Shown one piece after another: positions 20,486 to 31,063 of a stretch of 51,523 nucleotides of DNA. Every line of letters starts with the position of its first letter. Within the stretch, counting starts at the first letter, position 1. The notes beneath the pieces were generated by a model that saw nothing but the letters and a program-made list of their open reading frames with translations, did not search any database and was not told where the DNA came from. Source of the stretch: Promethearchaeia archaeon (GTDB lineage: Archaea > Asgardarchaeota > Lokiarchaeia > Sigyniarchaeales > SOKP01); contig JAHQWH010000034.1 in the NCBI GenBank assembly GCA_029856105.1, forward strand, positions 1-51,523. Direction: 5' to 3'. A program made the position numbers and the translations under genes.

Positions 20486-20944
20486 CTAAGGAGAAAAAAC
20501 AACATCTGATATACGTTGCCGACGTATATCAAAATCATGATCAACATGAAGAGTTATACAATGCTGATCTTTATTTTGAGGGTTTTTGTGAATATAACTT
20601 ATGGGAACAACAGGTAGCTTTGATTTTGATATAAATTTCTTTGGAATTGGCACGGGAATTATTTTTTTACACCGTTCACAATTTACTAAAACTACTTTTA
20701 TTTTTTCCGATTCAAGCTTTTTCATTTCATTAAGCAAGTCAGTAGAAAGACCTCGAGAATTAACCGTTAACTTTTCTTTTTTTTTTGGTGCTTCAGGAAC
20801 TAAAGGAATATCCATTTCTAAATCCTCATCTGTTATATATACTGGTTTTTTTTTTTCAAACTTTTTTTTTGGTTGCTTAACCACTTTTCTTCGCTCGTTG
20901 CTATTTTGATTTTTGGAAGGTAATTTGAGAGAGGTATTTGCCAT
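20486..20944 (-). CDS. Hypothetical protein with C-terminal CxxC/H/H putative Zn-binding domain
   Basis: Lys-rich N-terminus; CERC..YIH..HCITLHVDHDFDIRR. Confidence 0.7.
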   Translation of the reverse strand: MANTSLKLPSKNQNSNERRKVVKQPKKKFEKKKPVYITDEDLEMDIPLVPEAPKKKEKLTVNSRGLSTDLLNEMKKLESEKIKVVLVNCERCKKIIPVPIPKKFISKSKLPVVPISYIHKNPQNKDQHCITLHVDHDFDIRRQRISDVVFSP

Positions 20945-21022
20945 TATGTTATAAAGATTTTAGATTGTTTTTATGTTTTTTCTGAGAACTTTCTAATAAT
21001 AACACTATAGTTAAAAGTCAAA

Positions 21023-21631
21023 TTACACTCCAAATATTTGTCTTAACTCGTTATATATTTTTGAAAGTTCGGATATGATTTGGGCGTTATTTTGTTGAAG
21101 ATAATAATTAATATATCCTGAAAGCCCCTCACCATCTTTAATCCATTCTAAGAAAGACTGAATTTCCCCCTTTAATTGCGGATCTATGCTTTTTCCTGCA
21201 ACAGGCGCAGGAGTTCCACTGCCTTCGCTAAATTGAGTATTAGCCCCTACATAAGCTTGTTTTGTACTTAATTCTGAAAGTGCTCTTGATGTATCCATCG
21301 TTGCTCCCATAGGTTCACCATCTGGTTCAAGGTATATTAATATTTTGTGTTCTTCATCTTTTGCCCCAATTATATGTCCTTCGCCTCGAATTGAAGTAGC
21401 TACTAACCTTTCTGATGTACATTGAAGCACAGAATATTTCACACCAGAAATCATGATAAACGGAGCGTTTAAGCTGCTCCAACTTGAACTAACTTTACCA
21501 ATATCAGGGCTAATGTCCCAATTATCTGTTGAGTAAAGAATGTTATTTCTTCCTTGAATTACAGCAGCAGCAATAATACTGGGATCTTTTTGCAATAAAT
21601 TATATATAACAGTTGCTGGATCAGCTGGCAT
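21023..21631 (-). CDS. Asgard profilin-like protein with C-terminal extension
   Basis: AAAVIQ..ILYSTDNWDI..W..ISGVKYSVLQCTSERLVATS..GHIIG resembles Loki profilins; linker and ~50-aa helical tail added. Confidence 0.7.
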   Translation of the reverse strand: MPADPATVIYNLLQKDPSIIAAAVIQGRNNILYSTDNWDISPDIGKVSSSWSSLNAPFIMISGVKYSVLQCTSERLVATSIRGEGHIIGAKDEEHKILIYLEPDGEPMGATMDTSRALSELSTKQAYVGANTQFSEGSGTPAPVAGKSIDPQLKGEIQSFLEWIKDGEGLSGYINYYLQQNNAQIISELSKIYNELRQIFGV

Positions 21632-21738
21632 TTTTTCCTCAATTTTTTAGATTTATATATCCTAGTGAAGAATTAATAATAATATATTAGTATAAATATA
21701 ATTATAAAATTTTTATTAAAATGTTATGGGTTCGGTAT

Positions 21739-22230
21739 TTATTTTTTTGATGACCTTATATTAATTCTCCCAAACCTAGGTTTATCTTGAAATTTATTCT
21801 TTTCAGATTTTAATTTATTCATATCATCGTTAAATTTATTTTTAAATATAATTTTATTTTGAAAAAATAATTTATGCGTGGAATCATTTTTTTTTTGTTC
21901 ATTCAGATGATCTTTTAAATAAATTTCTTTTTTAAATAATTTTCCACACACTGGGCAACTGAAATATGGGTTTTCCAAAAGACCTTTAGGTTTTTTAACA
22001 ACAACTGGAAAAATTTTTCTTTTTTGTGATATTCCACCAATATTCCGACAATAATGTCTTTGTAATTTTCCATAAGGTGGGTACTCAAAAAAGATTTTAC
22101 TTCCATGAGTGCATTCCCAATATAACACATCTGCACCACATTTTCTGCAAGATGTCTGAAAAGATCGAAGATAACAATGCTTACCGTGACTTTTATAAAA
22201 ATGTCGCATTATATAATCAGAAAAATACAA
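21739..22230 (-). CDS. Zinc-finger protein (C2H2-like)
   Basis: CRKC..CTHG and FSCPVCGKLF..LKDH. Confidence 0.7.
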   Translation of the reverse strand: MYFSDYIMRHFYKSHGKHCYLRSFQTSCRKCGADVLYWECTHGSKIFFEYPPYGKLQRHYCRNIGGISQKRKIFPVVVKKPKGLLENPYFSCPVCGKLFKKEIYLKDHLNEQKKNDSTHKLFFQNKIIFKNKFNDDMNKLKSEKNKFQDKPRFGRINIRSSKK

Positions 22231-22377
22231 CTTATTAAAAATTTTCGGTGAAATATTAAAAACTAAAATTTTAAAATGTGATTTTTATTAACTGATAAAT
22301 CCTAAAAACGCAAACATTTAAATGTATGATTTTAATTATAGAAATTAAGGAATTGAAATATATGTGGGTATAAGTAA

Positions 22378-23313
22378 TTGGATCTTTCAATGCTTCAAAA
22401 TAATTTAAATTTATGCCCAGAATGTGGGAACACAAATCTTATTTCTGATAGCGCCCGTGGTGAGTTAATTTGCAATGTATGCGGTTTAGTTTTGAGCCAA
22501 AAAATCATTGATTCTGGTCCTGAATGGAGAGCTTTCTCTTCAGAAGAAGCCAATAAAAAAGTCAGAGTAGGAGCGCCAACAACTTTGACTCTTCACGATA
22601 AAGGATTAAGTACTATGATTGGGTGGAAAAATAAAGACGCGTTCGGTAAAAGTATCAGCCCAAAAATGAAAGCTGAAGTATATCGCTTAAGAAAATGGCA
22701 TGTAAGAACGAGGACAAATAAATCAATAGATCGAAATTTAGCTTATGCTATGAACGAATTAGATCGCTTTTCTTCTCAATTGAATCTGTCTAAAGCCTTA
22801 AAAGAATCGGCTGCTCATATATACCGAAAAATGGCTCATAAAAATCTAATAAGAGGAAGATCTATTGAGGCAATGTTGATAGCTTCCATTTATTTATCAT
22901 GTAGGTTGAATAATATTCCGAAAACTTTGGATGATTTTATCGAATTTGCCCTTGTCGATAAAAAAAAAATTGCTCGTTGTTATAGGTTAATTCTAATCGA
23001 ATTAAAAATAAATATTCAAGTTTCCTCTCCAATAAATTTTATCCCTAGATTTTGTGCTGAGTTAAAACTTTCAGGAAGAACTCAGAATCGAGCAGCAGAA
23101 TTATTAAAATTAGCAAAAAAATATCATATTACTGCTGGAAAAGCACCTACTGGTCTAGCGGGTGCTGCTTTATATGTAGCAGCTATACAAGAGGGAGAAC
23201 GCCGGACTCAAAAAGAGATCTCATTAGCCGCAGGTGTAACTGAAGCTACTATACGGAATAGATATAAAGAACTTGTAAATCATATGCGATTTGAAACCAT
23301 AGATCGCATTTAA
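22378..23313 (+). CDS. tfb: Transcription initiation factor IIB
   Basis: CPECG..CNVCG Zn ribbon, GPEWRAF, HDKGLST, GRSIEA, RTQKEI..GVTEATIRNRYKEL. Confidence 0.98.
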   Translation: MDLSMLQNNLNLCPECGNTNLISDSARGELICNVCGLVLSQKIIDSGPEWRAFSSEEANKKVRVGAPTTLTLHDKGLSTMIGWKNKDAFGKSISPKMKAEVYRLRKWHVRTRTNKSIDRNLAYAMNELDRFSSQLNLSKALKESAAHIYRKMAHKNLIRGRSIEAMLIASIYLSCRLNNIPKTLDDFIEFALVDKKKIARCYRLILIELKINIQVSSPINFIPRFCAELKLSGRTQNRAAELLKLAKKYHITAGKAPTGLAGAALYVAAIQEGERRTQKEISLAAGVTEATIRNRYKELVNHMRFETIDRI

Positions 23314-23342
23314 AAAAATCTTATTTTTAAATTAATAGAGTC

Positions 23343-23492
23343 TTATATCACTTTAAGCCTTTTTATAACATCAGGGCGTTTTTTGTATAGGATGCGAAAT
23401 CCACAGTGGGAACATTTTATTCCAGGAAGAGCGTTTAATTCTTTTTTAGAGACTTCTTTCCCACAACTTTTTCTTGCGCAAACATACTTCAT
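23343..23492 (-). CDS. rpoP: RNA polymerase subunit Rpo12 (RpoP), not in ORF track
   Basis: MKYVCARKSCGKEVSKKELNALPGIKCSHCGFRILYKKRPDVIKRLKVI (49 aa). Confidence 0.92.
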   Translation of the reverse strand: MKYVCARKSCGKEVSKKELNALPGIKCSHCGFRILYKKRPDVIKRLKVI

Positions 23493-23591
23493 ATTTTTTA
23501 AAATGAATTATTGTTAAAATATTTTTCGCAAATAATTAAAGCCGTTAGTAGAATTCCTAAAAACATTAACAATGTAAAAAAATAAATAATT

Positions 23592-24407
23592 TTAAATGTA
23601 TAATGACTTTCTTTTATCGTCTATATCAACAAATTCAAATGTACCAAGATCTTTTTCTAATTGGTCTCTTTTATTTTGAAGATTTTTTGTAATATCTTCT
23701 AAATTATCAAGGGAATATTTCTTTTTAATTGGTAACATAAAAGATTTCTTAAGCATTTCTAAGAGTGTTATTGAAGCTTTTAGATCGGTGATATCCTCAT
23801 TAAGCATTGCAATATTATCCGTTTCTGCCAAAAGAACAATCCCATCTATATTAAATCTCGCTTTTGCCAAAGTTGGGATTAACCCATTAGCACCAATAAT
23901 AACCCCTTTTTGGATTTTTTCACAATTATTTTTTAATAAAAAATTCTCTAGCAATTCTCGGTTAGTTGAACTTGCAAAAATTTTTGGAATTTTTGAATTG
24001 ATCTTGCGACTATTTACGGGATACGCTCCCAAAGCAATTATCAACTTAATTTTACATTGAGATATTATCTCTGTAAGAAAATTTGAAATTCTATATATGC
24101 CTTTAGGTGTTAAACTTTGCGCATCTGCAGTAATTAAAAGAATATCTCTTTGATAATTTGGATCTTTCCAAAAAAGAATTTCTGCTTTAGGTGCTGACAA
24201 TAGACTATCATCAACTATAGCTCCAGCGGGGTAATCATCAAATATAAAATCCATAAAATTTTGGGCATCCAATTGTCCAATTAAGGAATCTATAGCGAAT
24301 TTTCCAACATCAGCGATACCTGGCATTCCTAAAATACAAATAGGGTCCTTGAATTCTTCTTCTTTAATATCATTATGTTTAATAATCCTTATCCCAGACT
24401 CAGTCAA
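23592..24407 (-). CDS. PAC2-family proteasome assembly chaperone
   Basis: ILGMPGIADVGKFA, IIGANGLI, LLAET. Confidence 0.85.
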   Translation of the reverse strand: MTESGIRIIKHNDIKEEEFKDPICILGMPGIADVGKFAIDSLIGQLDAQNFMDFIFDDYPAGAIVDDSLLSAPKAEILFWKDPNYQRDILLITADAQSLTPKGIYRISNFLTEIISQCKIKLIIALGAYPVNSRKINSKIPKIFASSTNRELLENFLLKNNCEKIQKGVIIGANGLIPTLAKARFNIDGIVLLAETDNIAMLNEDITDLKASITLLEMLKKSFMLPIKKKYSLDNLEDITKNLQNKRDQLEKDLGTFEFVDIDDKRKSLYI

Positions 24408-24601
24408 TTTTTTTACCTTAAGTATTGTTTATACGATATAATTAGAATCTTTTTTATGTCTTTAAATCAATGTGTTATCCTAATAGACTCATGATTTACT
24501 GTTAAAGTAATATTTTCATAATATCACATAAATTAATTTTTTAAGGTATCTATAAATATAATGAGGATTTCATATCAATATCATCTGAAGAAGGTAATTT
24601 T

Positions 24602-25204
24602 TTGGAATTGACTGAGCTAAAGTATAAATGCATGAAATGCGGAACGTGTTGTCATGAAATTTCTGGTTCCAAAAAAAGAATACCAATATATCCTAAAGAG
24701 GCAAATAAATTAATAGAAATCGCTAAAAAAAAAGGTATTGCCTTTAAAATTATCGAAGATTTAGTATTTCCAGACATTTTAAACAAAAAAATACTTGTTG
24801 TGACATATAAAATACGATTGGACAACGAAACTCAAGGATGCCCTTTTTACGATAAAAAAAATGGGTGTACAGTACAGGAAATTAAACCATTAGCATGCAA
24901 GGCTTACCCCTTGGCTTTAAAACAAGTTGATGCTTTTAATTTTCAAATAAGTATTGATCCATTGTGTAATTTCGTAATTAGTTATTACGATTTCCTAAAA
25001 AATACGGATTTTGATGATATTAAAGAGATTTTTAGAGATGAATATCCTAAAGCTCTAGAACACTTGGAAAAGAATAAAAAGATTATGTTAAAAATTAAAA
25101 AACTCGAATATAAAAAAATAATAAAAATATCCAGACAAATTACGCTCGAGGATTTTAATAAATATTTAATAGAATGGGAAAGGGAAGAAATAACTACAAA
25201 TTAA
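24602..25204 (+). CDS. YkgJ-family CxxCxxCC cysteine-cluster protein
   Basis: CMKCGTCC, GCPFY, CTVQEIKPLACKAYP. Confidence 0.88.
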   Translation: MELTELKYKCMKCGTCCHEISGSKKRIPIYPKEANKLIEIAKKKGIAFKIIEDLVFPDILNKKILVVTYKIRLDNETQGCPFYDKKNGCTVQEIKPLACKAYPLALKQVDAFNFQISIDPLCNFVISYYDFLKNTDFDDIKEIFRDEYPKALEHLEKNKKIMLKIKKLEYKKIIKISRQITLEDFNKYLIEWEREEITTN

Positions 25205-25219
25205 AATTTGAAATGAACA

Positions 25220-25855
25220 ATGAGAAAATTTATATCTTTACTTTCAGGTGGTTTAGACAGCTCAATTGCAGCATATTTAATGATAAAAAGGGGTTTTATT
25301 CCGGTGTTTCTCTCATTTTTAACCTCAGACGATGCAGATCATTCTATGAAAGATAAAGTTACAGATCTTGTCAAATTATTATCAAAGTACACAGATAACG
25401 AATTAAAAATCTATATTATTAACCACGATAACAACTTGGAGGTTTTTAAACAATTTTGTGATAGAAAATTAACTTGTGTTTTATGCAAGCGATTAATGCT
25501 TCGAACAGCAAAACGTATAGGAAGTTTAGAAAATACAAATATAATTGTTACAGGAGATATTTTAGGAGAACAAGCCAGTCAAACTTTGGATAATTTATAT
25601 TCATATAATAGTATAATTCAAGATTTTATAGTATTAAGACCTTTAATAGGATGTGATAAACAAGAAGTAATAAACACGAATAAAAAAATTGGGTCATATG
25701 AAGTTTCTTCTATCCCATCAGCGGGGTGTAAATTTAATCCACAATACCCTGAAACTCACGCAAAACCTCATGAAATACAGCATTCAGAATCAAAAATCAA
25801 TATTATCGATTTAGTTGAACATTCAATAGAAAATGCAGAAGTATTAAAATTTTGA
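25220..25855 (+). CDS. thiI: ThiI-like tRNA sulfurtransferase, catalytic domain only
   Basis: SGGLDS PP-loop, CVLCKRLM, TGDILGEQASQTLDNL, RPLIG. Confidence 0.82.
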   Translation: MRKFISLLSGGLDSSIAAYLMIKRGFIPVFLSFLTSDDADHSMKDKVTDLVKLLSKYTDNELKIYIINHDNNLEVFKQFCDRKLTCVLCKRLMLRTAKRIGSLENTNIIVTGDILGEQASQTLDNLYSYNSIIQDFIVLRPLIGCDKQEVINTNKKIGSYEVSSIPSAGCKFNPQYPETHAKPHEIQHSESKINIIDLVEHSIENAEVLKF

Positions 25856-26236
25856 TTCCAATTTATTAATTAAACCTTCAAATTCATTATCTTTTAACTC
25901 AACTTTTTTATATTTATTCAATGCATCACATATTACCTGAGTTATAAGATGTTTACAATAACCTATGGATTGATTTTTTACAACCTCCCTATAAAAATTT
26001 AGGCAGGAACAATACAATTTAGGATATATTAAATATTCGCGATGCTCTCCTGAAGCGAGCCAAATGACTCTATTCGAAGGTTTATAAGTATATTTTGTTA
26101 TGCCTTTTTTTATAACATCTAAAACTTTATCTGCCTTATTAGGAAAAATAGTATCAATGAAATTTATTAACTCATCATCGATTACGCCCTTCTTTTTTGC
26201 AATTGAATAAACATCAAGTAATAAATCTTTAGACAT
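25844..26236 (-). CDS. SWIM zinc-finger protein
   Basis: YCSC..F..CKH motif. Confidence 0.8.
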   Translation of the reverse strand: MSKDLLLDVYSIAKKKGVIDDELINFIDTIFPNKADKVLDVIKKGITKYTYKPSNRVIWLASGEHREYLIYPKLYCSCLNFYREVVKNQSIGYCKHLITQVICDALNKYKKVELKDNEFEGLINKLESKF

Positions 26237-26285
26237 TTAGTTATCATATATTAATTATAATTGATAAATAAAAAGGATATTAACT

Positions 26286-27590
26286 TTGAACAAGATTTTA
26301 TATCTCCCAACAAGATATTTCCCCGCAATCTCGGGGGCAGAGTTTTATATCCAAACGATGGCAGAGATATTAAATTTAAAACACAATTACCAAGTTGATA
26401 TCTATACCTCCACCGCAATTGATTTTAAGGCCCTAAGAGAACCTAATGGTAGAATAATTAATATTGGGGACAAACATTACGATATTGTAAATAATTTAAA
26501 AATCACGCGTTTTCCTATAAAATATAATGTTTTATTAGAAGAAAAATTAAAAACGATTAAAAATCTTCCATCCTACAATCTTTTGAAACTATCTGATGAT
26601 TGTTTGATTGAGTTTTTAAAAAATGGCCCTTATTTAGGAAATATAATTGAAAAAATAGCACACTCAACTAAATTTTCCTTTGATTTAATTCATACAACTT
26701 TCTTTCCTTACTTTAATCTTATAATAAGTTTAATACTTGGAAAACTTATCGATAAACCTACTGTTTGTACGCCTTTTTTTCATTTCTCAAATCCTAGATA
26801 TCTCAATAAAACCCTTATCGAAGCTTTAAAAAAATTTGATCAAATCATTGCATGTACGAATATTGAAAAAAAAGTAATGGTAGAAAAGTTTAACCTACCC
26901 GAAGATAAAATTAAAGTTATTTCGATGGGAGTAGATTACAAAAAGTTTGCTCTCTCTTCTGGTCGAGGCAACAACAAATTTAAATTTAAACAAAAGTACT
27001 TCAAGCCAAGGGAAAAGAAATATAAAATGATCTTATTTTGTGGTTATAAAAATTACGAGAAAGGAGCGATTTCTATTTTGCGAGCAATTCCCTACATTAT
27101 TAAAAAATATAAGAAAGTGTATTTTGTTTTTATTGGACCTTCTACTATCGCGTTTAATCTAGAGCTCTCAAAAATTAAAAAAACGATAACTCGACGAGTT
27201 ATTAATTTGACTCCAGATAATTTAGATGGCTATTACGATAAAAAAAAAATAGCAGCTTTTAACGAAACAGATGTATTTTTAATGCCAAGCCGAAGCGATG
27301 CGTTTGGCATTGCATTTTTGGAAGCTTGGGCTTCTGGCAAACCGGTTATAGGTGCAAACGTAGGGGCAACTCCAGAAGTTATTAGGAATAACATTGATGG
27401 TTTGTTAGTTGAATATGATAATTATTTAGACATAGCTAATAAAGTTATAACGCTACTAAAAAGGAAGAACTTCAGTAAAAAATTAGGATCAGAAGGTAAA
27501 ATTAGAGTTCGTGAAAATTTTTCTTGGGATATAGTAGCTAGAAAAACTCATGAAACTTATCAAGAATTAATTTCAAAAAAAGTTGATTAA
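26286..27590 (+). CDS. GT4 glycosyltransferase
   Basis: GAE N-terminal motif; MPSRSDAFGIAFLEAWASGKPVI. Confidence 0.9.
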   Translation: MNKILYLPTRYFPAISGAEFYIQTMAEILNLKHNYQVDIYTSTAIDFKALREPNGRIINIGDKHYDIVNNLKITRFPIKYNVLLEEKLKTIKNLPSYNLLKLSDDCLIEFLKNGPYLGNIIEKIAHSTKFSFDLIHTTFFPYFNLIISLILGKLIDKPTVCTPFFHFSNPRYLNKTLIEALKKFDQIIACTNIEKKVMVEKFNLPEDKIKVISMGVDYKKFALSSGRGNNKFKFKQKYFKPREKKYKMILFCGYKNYEKGAISILRAIPYIIKKYKKVYFVFIGPSTIAFNLELSKIKKTITRRVINLTPDNLDGYYDKKKIAAFNETDVFLMPSRSDAFGIAFLEAWASGKPVIGANVGATPEVIRNNIDGLLVEYDNYLDIANKVITLLKRKNFSKKLGSEGKIRVRENFSWDIVARKTHETYQELISKKVD

Positions 27591-28812
27591 ATTGAAGAAG
27601 ATATCTGGAAATCCCTATTTAAATAAAAAAGAAGGAAAAGTACTAATTGATACGATTCTACTCGACGACATTTTAAGAAATTCAACAACTCCATTGATGA
27701 TTTTTTTAGAAAATAGAGTTAGAAATAATATTAACGCCTTTAGTAGAGTATTTAAATCAGTTTTTAAAAATTTTCAATGTTTTTACTCATTTAAAGCCAA
27801 TTTTCTCCCAGAAATTTGTAAAATTATTCAATCGGAAGGTATAGGTGCTGAATTAATTGGATTACCTGAATTAAATTTAGCGTTAAAATTGCAATTTCCC
27901 CCAAACAAAATTATTGTAGGAGGTCCTTATTTACCACCTGATCTGATCGAAAAATGCATACAAGAGAATGTAAAAGAAATAATTGTCTATAACTTAAACG
28001 ATTTAATTCAAATTAACTCGATTGCTAAAAAACATGATAAAATTCAAAATATTTGCATTAGAATTAATTCTCAAAAATATGGGAGTAATTTAGGAATCGT
28101 ATTTGACAAATCTAAATTAACAAAATTAACAAATTTAGTAAAAGAATGTGAAAACATCAAATTAACAACGATTTTATCTCATTATTCTACTCAAATGAAT
28201 AATTTTGGACAGTTTAAAAAAAATGTAGAATCTCTCATAGAAAATATTAAAATTTTATCTGATGCGGGGATTAATGTAGAAAATATTAATTTAGGAGGAG
28301 GTTTTCCAGAAGCAGTTATAATGCCAGAAGCCCAATTGAGAGAAATAGCGAATAATATAAACTCAACCTTAAGTAAATCTGAGCTCAATTTAAAAAACAT
28401 CTATTTTGAACCAGGACGCTATTTTATTGGAGATGCTGGTATATTTATTGCGAAAGTTATTAAAGTGTCTGAAGATAGATGGATTTTTTTAGATATAGGA
28501 AATCATATTTGTCCTAAATTCGCAAAGTGCTCCTTAAGATTTTACAACGCATCAAAAATCAACGAACCACATAAATTTAAAACTTCAATAGCTGGAATTG
28601 TGCCTACTGATCAAGATGTATTAGCGAAAAATTATTTTTTTACTAAAGATTTAAAAGAAAATGATATAGTAATGGTTACAAATGTCGGAGCGTATACTCT
28701 GACTTTTTCTAATCGGTTTCCATATACGCTCCCTAAAATAATTCTTGTTAAGAATAGAACTATTTCCGAAATTTTTGATCCTTTGAGAAATTATGATTTT
28801 TCCCTAACTTAA
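27583..28812 (+). CDS. Diaminopimelate decarboxylase-like PLP enzyme (fold III)
   Basis: YSFKAN, NLGGGF, FEPGRY, VGAYT. Confidence 0.85.
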   Translation: MIKLKKISGNPYLNKKEGKVLIDTILLDDILRNSTTPLMIFLENRVRNNINAFSRVFKSVFKNFQCFYSFKANFLPEICKIIQSEGIGAELIGLPELNLALKLQFPPNKIIVGGPYLPPDLIEKCIQENVKEIIVYNLNDLIQINSIAKKHDKIQNICIRINSQKYGSNLGIVFDKSKLTKLTNLVKECENIKLTTILSHYSTQMNNFGQFKKNVESLIENIKILSDAGINVENINLGGGFPEAVIMPEAQLREIANNINSTLSKSELNLKNIYFEPGRYFIGDAGIFIAKVIKVSEDRWIFLDIGNHICPKFAKCSLRFYNASKINEPHKFKTSIAGIVPTDQDVLAKNYFFTKDLKENDIVMVTNVGAYTLTFSNRFPYTLPKIILVKNRTISEIFDPLRNYDFSLT

Positions 28813-28927
28813 AGATTTAAAATTGTTCTTTTATGTAATTTACAAATAATATGAGCATATTATATTAATTCTAAAATTTCATTTATAATATTTCTATAAC
28901 ACATACAAAACAATCTGTTGTTTTTTA

Positions 28928-30034
28928 ATGGAATCTCTAATAAGAAATGCTCGAAAGAGAGAAGTAATCAAACCAACTCGTGAAAATTTTGGTTACGCTA
29001 ATATAAAAATTGTTGGATGCGGAGGCGCTGGAAACAATACCATTAATCGGTTAATGAAAATAGGAATAAAGGGAGCAAAATGCGTAGCGGTAAATACAGA
29101 TCTCCAACATTTAGAAAGCGTTGAGTCCCACATAAAACTGTTAATCGGTAAAAATTTAACACGGGGCTTAGGTGCAGGTGGTAATCCAGACATTGGTAGA
29201 GCAGCAGCAGAAGAATCACGTGAAGATTTAACAAAGATACTAAGAGAAGCTAATTTAGTCTTTATTACTTGTGGAGAAGGTGGGGGGACTGGGACCGGAA
29301 GCGCACCTATAGTAGCTGAAATAGCCAAACTTGAAGGAGCAATAGTTGTAGGCGTAGTTACATTACCGTTTGATACTGAAATAGGACGAATAGAAAAGGC
29401 TCAAATGGGACTTAATGAATTAAAGAAATATGCGGATACCCTAGTAGTAATCGATAATAATAGCCTTTTAGAGATTGCTCCAGATTTACCGATCATAGAG
29501 GCGTTTAGCGTCGCCGATGAAGTTTTAGCAACGATGGTAAAGGGAATAACTGAAACAATTTCTTTACCTTCCCTAATTAATTTAGACTTTGCTGATGTTA
29601 GGACCATTTTAAGTACGGGAGGTGTAGCAATTGTGGGAGTGGGTGAATCTGGTAATAAAGGTAACCGTGTAGAAGAGGCCATTGAAGACGCACTCAACTC
29701 ACCATTACTAGATGTATCAATTGACGGTGCAAAGGGTGCTTTAATTCATATTTGTGGAGGAAACGATATGACCCTCGCAGAAGCGAATTCTGTAGCAAAA
29801 AAGATTTCTGAAAGAATGGATGTGAACAATGCGATGGTAATCTGGGGTGCCCGAGTAAACGATGAATTCGATGGATATTTAAGAGTTATGCTCCTTATAA
29901 CGGGTATTAAATCACCGCAGATTTTTGGAAAAGATATATCACCCGTTCAATCATTTAATAACAAAAACATATCTAATAAAAAAGTTGGATTATCAAATGA
30001 TATTTTTAACATCGGTGAACTTGCTTTTGATTAA
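28928..30034 (+). CDS. ftsZ: Cell division protein FtsZ
   Basis: GCGGAGNN, GLGAGGNP, GGGTGTG, INLDFADV. Confidence 0.97.
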   Translation: MESLIRNARKREVIKPTRENFGYANIKIVGCGGAGNNTINRLMKIGIKGAKCVAVNTDLQHLESVESHIKLLIGKNLTRGLGAGGNPDIGRAAAEESREDLTKILREANLVFITCGEGGGTGTGSAPIVAEIAKLEGAIVVGVVTLPFDTEIGRIEKAQMGLNELKKYADTLVVIDNNSLLEIAPDLPIIEAFSVADEVLATMVKGITETISLPSLINLDFADVRTILSTGGVAIVGVGESGNKGNRVEEAIEDALNSPLLDVSIDGAKGALIHICGGNDMTLAEANSVAKKISERMDVNNAMVIWGARVNDEFDGYLRVMLLITGIKSPQIFGKDISPVQSFNNKNISNKKVGLSNDIFNIGELAFD

Positions 30035-30081
30035 TGTAATTTTTACTACTCCTTTTTAAATTCATTTCTTTAATTAATTAT

Positions 30082-30432
30082 ATGGATCCAAAATATTGCT
30101 CTAAAACCCAAAAAGAAGTAAGAACAGTTTTAAAAAGTCTATTTGACTGGAAAAATTTATTTTCTATCAAGGTAAAATATTTTTATGAAGGATGGGCCGT
30201 ATACATAAGAGAAAAGAGCATGTATCCTCGATGTATAGTGATTTTCAGACCTTACTCTCAGGAAAATTTTTCGATTAAAAGTTTTGAGATAAATTATGAT
30301 AAAATCAAAAGTGAGTCTTATAAGGAGCTTTATGTTAATGAAAGTATTTACTCTATTTCTAATCTTTTAAGTGAAATAAAGCAAATTATCTATGGAAAAG
30401 ATATGTTAGGAAATATCAAGAAATTGTTGTAG
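30082..30432 (+). CDS. Hypothetical protein
   Basis: 116-aa ORF after ftsZ. Confidence 0.65.
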   Translation: MDPKYCSKTQKEVRTVLKSLFDWKNLFSIKVKYFYEGWAVYIREKSMYPRCIVIFRPYSQENFSIKSFEINYDKIKSESYKELYVNESIYSISNLLSEIKQIIYGKDMLGNIKKLL

Positions 30433-30459
30433 TAATGTAAAAAAAGCTAAAAACGCTAA

Positions 30460-31017
30460 TTAGAATTGAGGTTTATATAATTTTTTAAATTCTTCCTTCT
30501 TTTTATCGTTGTATTTATTTTCTAAAAACTTTAATACAGTGTGATGAGGCATCCCGCTCAATAACATACTTACTGCTTTTCTTGCGATTTGTAAATTCTC
30601 ATAATCGGAAATGACTGAGACTGTTTTTCCATAGACAGATACGTAGCTCTCGGCAAATCTTTCGATTGCTTTTCTCATTTCACCATTCCTACCAATAATC
30701 CTCCCTTTTAATCTTTTTATTTTCTTCTCAGATTTTCCTAATATACTATACAAGTTAAAAACTTCTATGTCAAAAGTTTCGTCTAGAAGCTTCATAGCTT
30801 TAATTGGGTTAAATCCTCTGTTTATTGCATTGATTATTTTTTGAGCACTAAAGACATTAAGGGGATTATATTTTGGGTGCCCTATAACAGGTCTCACTTC
30901 GCAATCTCCAGATTCACTGTCCAAATTAATCTTAACTCCCAGTGACTCTTCAATTTCTCGTTTAGTTTCACCGTTTTTTCCAATTATTACAGCAATTCTA
31001 TTTTTTCCTATTTTCAT
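30460..31017 (-). CDS. KH-domain ribosome biogenesis factor Pno1/Dim2
   Basis: IIGKNG, AINRGF, KGRIIGRNG, VYGKTV. Confidence 0.93.
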   Translation of the reverse strand: MKIGKNRIAVIIGKNGETKREIEESLGVKINLDSESGDCEVRPVIGHPKYNPLNVFSAQKIINAINRGFNPIKAMKLLDETFDIEVFNLYSILGKSEKKIKRLKGRIIGRNGEMRKAIERFAESYVSVYGKTVSVISDYENLQIARKAVSMLLSGMPHHTVLKFLENKYNDKKKEEFKKLYKPQF

Positions 31018-31063
31018 AATTCTACTTTAGCTTTAGTATCTTCAATAATGAATGTTTATTTTT

